Below, in pieces: positions 30,786 to 39,401 of a DNA stretch of 64,000 nt. The notes under the pieces were generated by a model, which made no database searches, was not told the origin of the DNA, and saw nothing but the letters and a program-made list of their open reading frames with translations. Made by a program: the position numbers and the translations under genes. How positions within the stretch are numbered: the first letter of the stretch is position 1; every line of letters begins with the position of its first letter. Origin of the DNA: Bacteroidales bacterium (GTDB taxonomy: Bacteria > Bacteroidota > Bacteroidia > Bacteroidales > B18-G4); NCBI GenBank assembly GCA_018400295.1, contig JAGYMZ010000002.1:3106-67105 (forward strand), given 5' to 3'.

Positions 30786-31805
30786 TCAGGTTTTAAAGAA
30801 AGATTTTATTTTTACTCCGAAACCCACAAATTGTTTTCCCAAAACAGGAAACAGCAAGAGTTTGTATGTCCTGCGATCTTTCCATCCATCTCTGAGAATT
30901 TCCCCGGCTGTTTTTAGCGTGAGCCGAAGATCCCTGGCATTTAATGCCAGTGCATAGAAATAGCCCAGGTCTTCCCTGAAATGTTTTCCACGCGGGCATT
31001 TCTTTATCATCTCCTGGTTTCCCTTTGGTTTGGGCAGGGGTGGCATATTTTCCCCCCGCATGATGGGATCGGTGCCCCGGGTTTTCCTTTGTTCGGCAAA
31101 ATCCTGCAGCCGGTCCCGGAAATACTGTATTTTTTCAGCATGCCTGTTGGTAGCTGATCCGGGATGGATGCGCATATGGTAGGTGCATTCGTTCAAAACG
31201 GCGATCTTGTATTTTTCAAGCAATCTCATCCAAAGATCATTGTCTTCTGAAACGATAAACTCGGGTCGGTAGGCTCCGGCATCCATTACTTCTTTTCTGC
31301 GGTAGCAAGCGGTGCCGTGAACGACCGGGCTGGATGCATCGCGACGGAAGTCGCCGGGTGTAAGATCCCGGTAAGGTTTGTTGCCGAAATATTTATCGTT
31401 GGGCAATTTGTATTTCCATGCTATGTGGCCGTTGGCGGTCATGAAAGCCTGCTGGTTACATACCATAACATAATCCGGGCGGGATTCCAGAAAATCGATC
31501 TGTTTCTTCAGGGAATCCTTTGAAGAGATGTCATCTGCATCGTGTCTGCGTACATATTTGCCCCGGGCTTTTTTAAGGCCGTTGTTCAGGGAGCGGGCCA
31601 CACCCTGGTTTTCCTGGATTACAGGAACGATCCGTTTGTCGTTGTACGCATCAATAATTTCCTGTGTCCTGTCTGTTGATCCATCATTGACGATCACCAG
31701 CTCAAAATTGGTATAGGATTGGTTCAGAATGCTGTTGATGGCCTGTTTCAGGTAGTCTTCACCGTTATATACAGGCATCAGGATGCTTACCTGGGGGTTT
31801 TTCAT
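30786..31805 (-). CDS. Glycosyltransferase family 2
   Basis: 339 aa; VSILMPVYNGEDYLKQAINSILNQSYTNFELVIVNDGSTDRT; HDADD. Confidence 0.85.
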   Translation of the reverse strand: MKNPQVSILMPVYNGEDYLKQAINSILNQSYTNFELVIVNDGSTDRTQEIIDAYNDKRIVPVIQENQGVARSLNNGLKKARGKYVRRHDADDISSKDSLKKQIDFLESRPDYVMVCNQQAFMTANGHIAWKYKLPNDKYFGNKPYRDLTPGDFRRDASSPVVHGTACYRRKEVMDAGAYRPEFIVSEDNDLWMRLLEKYKIAVLNECTYHMRIHPGSATNRHAEKIQYFRDRLQDFAEQRKTRGTDPIMRGENMPPLPKPKGNQEMIKKCPRGKHFREDLGYFYALALNARDLRLTLKTAGEILRDGWKDRRTYKLLLFPVLGKQFVGFGVKIKSFFKT

Positions 31806-31807
31806 GG

Positions 31808-33064
31808 TCAGGGTTTTTTCCAGTTTGATCGCAGGGCCACTTTGGCCCTTTTATCGAATGGATAAGGGCGTTTAAGGAATGAATCTCCCTGCAGGACCTG
31901 GAAGCGCATGCAATTTTCCAGGAAATCAAAGGTACCGTATTTGTTACCAAGCCATAATGAGATGTAATATGTGCCCGGTGCGAAAGGGATGTCGCACAGT
32001 TCGATTGCCACATTCATGGTGTCACCGGCTTTCATGTCTTTAATTTCGAAGTCATCGTCCAGACTGGTCACATGCCCGATGAATTCATTGTTCTCGCTTT
32101 TGATGTCCAGCGACAGGTCTGTGTAATCCAGATTTTGACTGCAGTGGATCTTGCTTATAACGGTCAGGTTCTGGCCCAATTCAACCTGGTCGGTTTCCTT
32201 TCCGCTGCTATCCTGGATCATGAAGCTTTCAAAGGTTACATTCCCGGCTCCGTATCTTTTAAATACCCCGGTTTCGACCGATCGTTTTTTGTATGTGGAT
32301 AATATTTCCCGCACATCCCCGGTCATAGAAAGTCGTCCGTTCTCGATGAGTGCCCCTCTGTTGCAAAGTTGTTCCACGGCTGTCAGGTTATGGCTGACAA
32401 ACAGCACAGTACGGCCCGAAACCGACACATCTTTCATCTTTCCAATGGCTTTGCGCTGGAATTCGGCATCTCCAACGGCCAGGACTTCATCCACGATCAG
32501 TATTTCCGGGTCCAGGTGGGCTGCCACGGCAAATGCCAGTCTTACGTGCATTCCACTGGAATAGCGCTTAACCGGGGTATCGATGTACTTTTTAACGCCT
32601 GAAAATTCCACGATCTGGTCAAACTTGGATTTGATCTCATTTTTTGTCATGCCGAGGATGGCGCCGTTCAGGAAGATGTTTTCCCTCCCTGTCAGTTCGG
32701 GATGGAATCCTGTGCCCACTTCCAGCAGACTGGCAATCCGGCCTTTAATTTTTATTTCCCCGGTGGTGGGAGCGGTTACGCGCGACAAAAGTTTCAGCAA
32801 CGTGGATTTGCCGGCACCATTTTTCCCGACAATGCCGAGTACCGTCCCTTCTTTCACTTCCAGGTTGATGTCTTTCAATGCCCATACGTATTTGCTGTCG
32901 ACCTGGTCAAGAACGTTCCGGGCACCAACCTTGGCTGTGGGATCTTCTTTCCCCCGTATTTTTGCCCACCAGCGGTTCAGGTCATGGCTCAGCGTACCGG
33001 TGCCGACCAGTCCCAGCCTGTATTGTTTGGATATATTTTCCAGTTTTATGACGATATCTGACAT
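31808..33064 (-). CDS. wzt: Polysaccharide ABC exporter ATP-binding protein Wzt, with C-terminal glycan-binding-type extension
   Basis: Track ORF runs to 33193 but overlaps wzm. ATG at 33064 (MSDIVIKLENISKQY) gives 418 aa. Walker A GKNGAGKST, signature YSSGMHVRLAFA, Walker B ILIVDEVLAVGD, then a beta-rich tail of about 170 aa. Confidence 0.85.
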   Translation of the reverse strand: MSDIVIKLENISKQYRLGLVGTGTLSHDLNRWWAKIRGKEDPTAKVGARNVLDQVDSKYVWALKDINLEVKEGTVLGIVGKNGAGKSTLLKLLSRVTAPTTGEIKIKGRIASLLEVGTGFHPELTGRENIFLNGAILGMTKNEIKSKFDQIVEFSGVKKYIDTPVKRYSSGMHVRLAFAVAAHLDPEILIVDEVLAVGDAEFQRKAIGKMKDVSVSGRTVLFVSHNLTAVEQLCNRGALIENGRLSMTGDVREILSTYKKRSVETGVFKRYGAGNVTFESFMIQDSSGKETDQVELGQNLTVISKIHCSQNLDYTDLSLDIKSENNEFIGHVTSLDDDFEIKDMKAGDTMNVAIELCDIPFAPGTYYISLWLGNKYGTFDFLENCMRFQVLQGDSFLKRPYPFDKRAKVALRSNWKKP

Positions 33065-33077
33065 AGGTGTTCCTAAG

Positions 33078-33947
33078 TTAAACAGTATCCATGAAATTCT
33101 TTTCCACTTTATTAAAGACGATAATGCCCAGGGATACGATGACCACCGTAAAGCCAGCACTATAAAGCAAATGAAGATAATTAACCGTTCCAACTCCGAG
33201 CATTACTGTTTTAAAGGTTTCGATGATTGGCGTCATGGGATTGGCCAGGACATACATTTTATATTTTTCAGGTATCTCAGACAGTGGGTATATGATCGGA
33301 GTGGCATACATCCATAATTGCACCCCAAATTTAATCAGGTGTATCAGGTCTCTGTATTTGGTTGTGAGGGATGAAATGATAATGCCCACTCCGAGTCCCA
33401 GTCCGGCGATCATCATAACCAGCAGCGGTACCAGCAGGATATCGGGCCCTATGCGTATTTCCACACTGCTGAGCCAGTAATAGAGAATAAAAGCCAGCAA
33501 AAAAACAAATTGTATCGCGAAGGTGATCAGGCTGGACAAAACAATGGAAATGGGCAGGGTAAGCCTTGGAAAATAAACCTTTCCGAATATGGAAGCGTTG
33601 GTGACAAAGGTGGTGGAGGTTTCATTCAGGCAGGTGGCGAAATAATTCCACCCGACAATGCCTGCGAGGTAGAACAAAATATTGGGCAGTCCTTCGGTAG
33701 GGATGCCTGCAATTTTTCCAAAAACCACCGTAAACATGAGTGTGGTCAGAAGGGGCTGGATTATGAACCACAGAGGGCCCAGGATGGTTTGCTTATACTT
33801 GGCCACAAAATCCCTTTTAACGAACAGGGCAATAAGGTCTCTGTACCTCCAAATCTCTTTCAGGTCTATTTCCAGCAGATTTCTTTTCGGACGCATGACC
33901 ATTGTCCAGCCATTCTGCAATGAATGTGAATGTTCCGGGGTATTCAT
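33078..33947 (-). CDS. wzm: Polysaccharide ABC exporter permease Wzm (ABC-2 type)
   Basis: 289 aa; EIWRYRDLIALFVKRDFVAKYKQTILGPLWFIIQP, typical of the ABC-2 permease N-terminus; 6 TM segments. Confidence 0.85.
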   Translation of the reverse strand: MNTPEHSHSLQNGWTMVMRPKRNLLEIDLKEIWRYRDLIALFVKRDFVAKYKQTILGPLWFIIQPLLTTLMFTVVFGKIAGIPTEGLPNILFYLAGIVGWNYFATCLNETSTTFVTNASIFGKVYFPRLTLPISIVLSSLITFAIQFVFLLAFILYYWLSSVEIRIGPDILLVPLLVMMIAGLGLGVGIIISSLTTKYRDLIHLIKFGVQLWMYATPIIYPLSEIPEKYKMYVLANPMTPIIETFKTVMLGVGTVNYLHLLYSAGFTVVIVSLGIIVFNKVEKNFMDTV

Positions 33948-33951
33948 GGAT

Positions 33952-34932
33952 CTATGTTGAAATTAAGCGGGCATAGTTTTCTTTAAAATCTTCGTAAACC
34001 GACTTTATCCCTTCTTCCAGGGTAATGGAAGGTTCATATCCATGGTTTATAAGTCTGGAAACATCCAGTAATTTCCTTGGTGTTCCGTCCGGTTTTGAGG
34101 TATCAAAATGCAGGTCCCCTCCGTACCCTGTGATCTTTTTTATGATCCCGGCCAGTTCTTTTATGGATATTTCCTGTCCTGTCCCTACATTAACAAATGC
34201 CCGTCCATCGTATTTATTCATCAGGAAAACAAGGGCGCCGGAAAGGTCGTCCACATGCATGAACTCCCTTTTTGGCGCACCGCTTCCCCATATTTCGACA
34301 ACCGGGTCTTTCCTGATCCCGGCTTCATGGAATTTTCTGATCAGGGCCGGCAGGACGTGGGAATTCTCAAGGTCATAATTATCGTTGGGGCCATAAAGGT
34401 TGGTAGGCATGGCCGATATGAAATTGCAGCCGTATTGGTCACGGTATGCCTCACACATCTTGATGCCGGCAATTTTGGCAATGGCATACGGTTCATTGGT
34501 ATGTTCCAGGGGGCCGGTCAGCAAATAATCTTCCTTCATCGGCTGGGGGCAAAATTTGGGATAGATGCAGGAGCTCCCCAGAAACAGAAGCTTGTCCACT
34601 CCATTGAGGTAACTTTGATGTATAATGTTGTTTTGTATCTCCAGGTTTTCATATAAGAAACGAGCCCGGTATGTATTGTTGGCATGGATCCCTCCGACCC
34701 TGGCGGCGCATTGAAAAACATACGATGGTTTGTACCGGCTGAAGAAATTTTCAACTGCTTTCTGGTCAAGCAGATCCAGTTTCACATATTGAACATGATC
34801 TTGTTTTTCCGGCTTTCTTTTGTGATGGCTGCCGGTGATGTTCGTATATCCCTGTTTTGTTAATTGCCGGATGACAGCGCTGCCCACCATACCTGTGGAT
34901 CCGGCCACAAAGATCCGTTTATCTTTATTCAT
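33952..34932 (-). CDS. fcl: GDP-L-fucose synthase
   Basis: 326 aa; [15 protein letters not shown]; YAIAKIAG; [11 protein letters not shown]; overlaps gmd by 8 bp. Confidence 0.9.
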   Translation of the reverse strand: MNKDKRIFVAGSTGMVGSAVIRQLTKQGYTNITGSHHKRKPEKQDHVQYVKLDLLDQKAVENFFSRYKPSYVFQCAARVGGIHANNTYRARFLYENLEIQNNIIHQSYLNGVDKLLFLGSSCIYPKFCPQPMKEDYLLTGPLEHTNEPYAIAKIAGIKMCEAYRDQYGCNFISAMPTNLYGPNDNYDLENSHVLPALIRKFHEAGIRKDPVVEIWGSGAPKREFMHVDDLSGALVFLMNKYDGRAFVNVGTGQEISIKELAGIIKKITGYGGDLHFDTSKPDGTPRKLLDVSRLINHGYEPSITLEEGIKSVYEDFKENYARLIST

Positions 34933-36040
34933 AGTAATTTTTTATTTTGTATCCACCTTCTTTCAGGTATTTTTCCCTGTTCATCAGATTCAGGTCTGAC
35001 CCCATCATATCTGCAACCAATTCTTTGACATCGTATTTTGCTTCCCAGCCAAGTTTTTCTTTGGCTTTGCCCGGATCGCCGAGCAGTACATCCACTTCGG
35101 TTGGCCTGAAATACATTGGGTCTACTTCGAGAACGACCTTGCCGGTATTGAGTTGATGTTCGGGATGGAGGCATTTTTTAACCACTCCTTTTTCATGAAT
35201 GCCTTCACCCTGAAATTCCAGTTCCACGCCAATCTGTTCAAAAGCCAGGCGGACAAACTCCCTCACCTCCGTTGTTTTACCTGTCGCGATCACATAATCT
35301 TCAGGTTTTTCCTGCTGCAGCATAAGGTACATGGCTTCGATATAATCCTTGGCATGGCCCCAGTCGCGTTTCGCAGAAAGGTTACCCAGATATAGCTTGT
35401 TTTGCAATCCGAGTGCGATCCGTGATACAGCCCGGGTTATTTTCCGGGTCACAAAGGTTTCCCCCCGCACCGGCGATTCATGGTTAAACAATATTCCGTT
35501 GCATGCATACATGCCATAGGCTTCGCGATAGTTAACCGTGATCCAGTATGCGTATAATTTTGCCACACCGTAAGGCGACCGGGGATAAAAGGGAGTTTTT
35601 TCGTTTTGTGGAATTTCCTGTGCCAGTCCGTATAATTCACTGGTAGATGCCTGATAAAAGCGTGTTTTATCCGTAAGGTCCAATAAGCGAATGGCTTCCA
35701 GCAGGCGCAGCGTGCCCAGGGCATCTGCATTGGCGGTGTATTCCGGTGTATCAAAACTGACTTTAACATGCGACATTGCTGCGATATTGTAGATCTCATC
35801 CGGCCGTACCTCCTGGACGATCCGGATCAGGTTTGTAGAGTCTGTAGTATCGCCATAATGCAGCATAAAATTTTTATTCTCTGCATGCGGGTCCTGGTAT
35901 AAATGATCGATCCTGCCGGTATTGAACATGGACGATCTTCTTTTCAGGCCGTGCACGGTATACCCTTTTTTTAAGAGGAATTCCGACAAATATGCGCCGT
36001 CCTGACCTGTCACCCCTGTAATTAATGCCACCTTTCCCAT
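34925..36040 (-). CDS. gmd: GDP-mannose 4,6-dehydratase
   Basis: 371 aa; [23 protein letters not shown]; [12 protein letters not shown]; [20 protein letters not shown]. Confidence 0.92.
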   Translation of the reverse strand: MGKVALITGVTGQDGAYLSEFLLKKGYTVHGLKRRSSMFNTGRIDHLYQDPHAENKNFMLHYGDTTDSTNLIRIVQEVRPDEIYNIAAMSHVKVSFDTPEYTANADALGTLRLLEAIRLLDLTDKTRFYQASTSELYGLAQEIPQNEKTPFYPRSPYGVAKLYAYWITVNYREAYGMYACNGILFNHESPVRGETFVTRKITRAVSRIALGLQNKLYLGNLSAKRDWGHAKDYIEAMYLMLQQEKPEDYVIATGKTTEVREFVRLAFEQIGVELEFQGEGIHEKGVVKKCLHPEHQLNTGKVVLEVDPMYFRPTEVDVLLGDPGKAKEKLGWEAKYDVKELVADMMGSDLNLMNREKYLKEGGYKIKNYYE

Positions 36041-36054
36041 AATTTTATGATTTT

Positions 36055-38385
36055 TTAGCTTACGTTGCCTTTCAGTCTGGATATAATCCCGGAAAACCCT
36101 TTTTTTCTTGCGTTTCCATTGTAATATTCAAAAGGGCTCAGGGTTTGCATGGATCTGGAATCATTGTATATCAGACATAAATTGTTTAATTTGTTTTCAT
36201 TGGCTGCTTTGTCAAGCATTGCGGCAAGTATTTTTACCGGGGTTTTCTTCTGCCTCACCACCACAAGTGTTGCATCGCTGTACTGATTTATAATATAGGG
36301 ATCGGCAAACAAACCGGCCGGGGATGTATCCATGATGATGTATTCATACCGAGCTTTCAAGTCGGCCATCATTTTCCGGAATTTTTCAGACTGCAGGATG
36401 GCATCCACGTTTTCCGGGGATCTCCCTTCGGGCAGGATATCCAGTTCTGGTATGTCCGAGTGATGGATGACCGAATACAAATCCATTTCATCGCTTACAT
36501 ATCCTGCAACACCGGGATCATCCGGAATGTTGAATTTTTTTGCAATGCCGGGCCGCTGAAAATCCAGTCCTGCCAGGAGCGTCTTTTTCCCGGTCAAAGC
36601 ACAGGCATAAGCCAGGTTCAGTGACAAATAGGTTTTTCCTTCACCGGTAATGGAGGATGTCAGGGCAATGGCATGGCCCCCGTTTTTATTTTTTAGCGGT
36701 ATGTGTGTGCGGATCAACCGCATGGATTGGGAGAAACCGGAATTGGCTCTATCGAAGCATTTTTTGGGGCATTTTACCGGATGGTGAGGAACGAGGCCCA
36801 GGACAGGCAATCCGGTCAGGGCTTGCAGGTCTGAAAACTCATTGATCCTTTTACCAAGGTATACCGAAAAGAACAACAATACAGAAGGGAGTAAGATGGC
36901 CAGTATCACCGCCTTCAAATAATTGGTTTTTGTGTCGGGGTAGACTTTTCGTACGCCATTCTCCCCGGCGCGGTCAAGCAGCATCAGGTCAGGAATGGTA
37001 GAGGCCCTGACAATTTCAGCTTCTGCTCTTTTTTCAAGCAGGTAATTATACATGTCATCATTTAACCGGTACACACGCTGGATATCCAGGTACTCACGTT
37101 CCAGTCCGGGCAATTTGCTGAGTTCATTGAGCTTTTCATTGATCTTACGTTCATAATCGCTTGCCTTCATTTGGGTAATGCGTATCACATTGTTAATGTT
37201 TTCCAGCAGGATCTTCTTTTGTTGTTCTATGGAGTTATTCAGGGTTTGTATGGATGGATTTTCTTCCGTTGCGTTGACGATCAGTTTTTCCCTTTCCAGG
37301 TATTGGACAGAAAGTTTTTCAAGCAGGTCGGAAAAGAGTGGGAGACTTATGCCCACAGTAGCGGGGGCAATGATATTCCGGACATCCTTGTTCTTTTCAA
37401 GATAATCTTTCAGGTAGCGGTAATATTCCAGGTCCATCAGGATGTCTGCTTTGGTGCGTTCCAGGGAATTGATACGTTGCATGAGTGGTTCGGATTTATC
37501 CGACAAAGTCATCAGCGCATTATTTTTCCTGAAGTATTCCAGCCGGGTCTCAGCCCCGGTCAGTTGCGTACGGATCTGTTCCATCTGATTATCAATAAAA
37601 GCAATGGTATTGTTGGCGATTTTATTCTTTTTTTCCAGGTTTTTGCGGATAATGACTTCTGTATGTTTGTTCAGGAAATCTTTTTCTTTCTGAACATTAT
37701 TTCCGTGGGAGGAAATTTCCAGGATAGCTCCCCGGTCTTTCAGTTCGATGTTGATCTTATTCCGGTACTGTGCAATGAGGGCGTTCCATGAATGAATGAT
37801 AAACCCATAGGAGGTGCCTGCATAAGAGCCTGCTTCCGCAAAACTTTTCATTTCTATTTTGAACCTGAATTTTTCCCCTTCAATGAAGCTTCCTGTTTGA
37901 TAAACGGTGGATTTATCAAATATATCTTCTTCATCGTCAAGCACGAATGTGTTTTCAGAAAGGAACCGTATCCCAATGTGCTTATTATAAGGCTGCGCAT
38001 GGAGGGTGTCTGCCACGACCCTGAAGGGGGAGGACTTATAAATTTCAAGGGATATTACATCGCCTTTTGAAAGATATGTGATACCCATGTTCAAGTGGCT
38101 TAACGTTTCCCTGATGGCAGAGGAGGAACGGATCATAGATATCTCGTTGTCGATGGTTACAGAATTCATGATGGATGCAGATCCGTTGGACAGCAGGATA
38201 TTTTTTGCCTCCTCTTTTATCAGAAGTCTGGTATTGAGCTGGTAAACAGGGATCTGATACCGGTTGTAAATGTATGCCAAAACAATGGCCAGTCCGGTTG
38301 CAAGCACAAAGAAATACCAGTTCCTGAGATATTTCCTGAATACCTTACGCAGATCAATTCCACCCATGTTTGTTCGTTCCGGCAT
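36055..38385 (-). CDS. Wzc-like polysaccharide co-polymerase / tyrosine-kinase-type protein
   Basis: 776 aa; N-terminal TM, long coiled-coil periplasmic region and second TM; C-terminal P-loop [18 protein letters not shown] and IIMDTSPAG. Only a weak C-terminal Tyr cluster (FEYYNG). Confidence 0.8.
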   Translation of the reverse strand: MPERTNMGGIDLRKVFRKYLRNWYFFVLATGLAIVLAYIYNRYQIPVYQLNTRLLIKEEAKNILLSNGSASIMNSVTIDNEISMIRSSSAIRETLSHLNMGITYLSKGDVISLEIYKSSPFRVVADTLHAQPYNKHIGIRFLSENTFVLDDEEDIFDKSTVYQTGSFIEGEKFRFKIEMKSFAEAGSYAGTSYGFIIHSWNALIAQYRNKINIELKDRGAILEISSHGNNVQKEKDFLNKHTEVIIRKNLEKKNKIANNTIAFIDNQMEQIRTQLTGAETRLEYFRKNNALMTLSDKSEPLMQRINSLERTKADILMDLEYYRYLKDYLEKNKDVRNIIAPATVGISLPLFSDLLEKLSVQYLEREKLIVNATEENPSIQTLNNSIEQQKKILLENINNVIRITQMKASDYERKINEKLNELSKLPGLEREYLDIQRVYRLNDDMYNYLLEKRAEAEIVRASTIPDLMLLDRAGENGVRKVYPDTKTNYLKAVILAILLPSVLLFFSVYLGKRINEFSDLQALTGLPVLGLVPHHPVKCPKKCFDRANSGFSQSMRLIRTHIPLKNKNGGHAIALTSSITGEGKTYLSLNLAYACALTGKKTLLAGLDFQRPGIAKKFNIPDDPGVAGYVSDEMDLYSVIHHSDIPELDILPEGRSPENVDAILQSEKFRKMMADLKARYEYIIMDTSPAGLFADPYIINQYSDATLVVVRQKKTPVKILAAMLDKAANENKLNNLCLIYNDSRSMQTLSPFEYYNGNARKKGFSGIISRLKGNVS

Positions 38386-38390
38386 TGGCC

Positions 38391-39200
38391 CTAAAGTGAT
38401 TTAATGAGCAAGTACAGTGTTACCAGTGTGCTAAGGGATGATATCAGGTATAAAGAAAAAGTCGGCCCGATACCCCAGGTTTTTGCTTTCATTGGTTCTA
38501 CATAGATCAGGTCGTTGGGATACACATAATACAATTCAGTCCCGAGCAGGCGTTTGTCCGACATGTCCAATGTTTGGATTATCGTCCCCTTTTTGGTTGT
38601 ACGGATCACTTTTACATCGTTTCTTTTGGCGAACGATGTAAACCCTTCCGCCATAGTAATAGCCTCATATACAGAGAGTTTAGCTTTCGTGATGGTATAC
38701 GTGCCTTCTTTATTGACTTCCCCGAGTACACTGATGGTATTATTGATAAGTTTTACATCAACCACCGGTTCTTTCACATAGGCCCTGACCCTTTTTCCCA
38801 TGGTCTTTCTTGCTTCATTGAGCGTTTGGCCCCAGAGCTGCACCTTGCCCAGGAAGGGGAAATGGATGTTTCCCGAATCGTTCACATAATATCCTACGAG
38901 CATTTGATTGGTTCTGTTAAAACCGGTATTCACATCGTCGCCCGGATTGAAAAACTCTGTGTTCTTATCCTCCAGACTGTGGATGGTGATGTACAGATAA
39001 TCGTTGGGTTGTATTTTATATGTCCCGTCCATTTCCGTGCTGTCTGCATACCGGGGAGCACGTTCTCCTTTTTCCACTTCCTTTTCCTGCATAAGAAGCA
39101 GTTTGCGCTGGGGTATGCAGGAGGAGAGGATCAGGAAGATCCCCACGACCGATATCAAAATGCCCTGTTGATATTTCGTTTTCAGAAAGAATGCTGACAT
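38391..39200 (-). CDS. Wza-type polysaccharide export outer-membrane protein
   Basis: 269 aa; signal/lipobox-like ILSSC; YKIQPNDYLYITI (Poly_export motif); SLBB-like ISVLGEVNKEGTY. Confidence 0.8.
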   Translation of the reverse strand: MSAFFLKTKYQQGILISVVGIFLILSSCIPQRKLLLMQEKEVEKGERAPRYADSTEMDGTYKIQPNDYLYITIHSLEDKNTEFFNPGDDVNTGFNRTNQMLVGYYVNDSGNIHFPFLGKVQLWGQTLNEARKTMGKRVRAYVKEPVVDVKLINNTISVLGEVNKEGTYTITKAKLSVYEAITMAEGFTSFAKRNDVKVIRTTKKGTIIQTLDMSDKRLLGTELYYVYPNDLIYVEPMKAKTWGIGPTFSLYLISSLSTLVTLYLLIKSL

Positions 39201-39303
39201 AGGTTGGCTTCGGTTTAATATGAGTTATACCCGGTCGCTCATCAATTTTCTAAGATACGGTTTTTAAAGCAGTGACCTGAGTGGTTTTTCCCGAAGATAT
39301 CGA

Positions 39304-39342
39304 CAAAGTTATCAAAGTGTAAAGCCCAGAAAATCAAAAATA
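39304..39342 (-). promoter_or_regulatory. Two TAnnTTTG (-7 box) matches upstream of the wza operon
   Basis: Minus strand TAACTTTG (39304-39311) and TATTTTTG (39335-39342), 104 and 135 nt upstream of the wza ATG. Motif match only. Confidence 0.3.
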
Positions 39343-39401
39343 TAAACAACATGATTTGCTTCAAATCCCACAGATGTCAGAAATGCTCGAAAAATGGTAT
39401 T

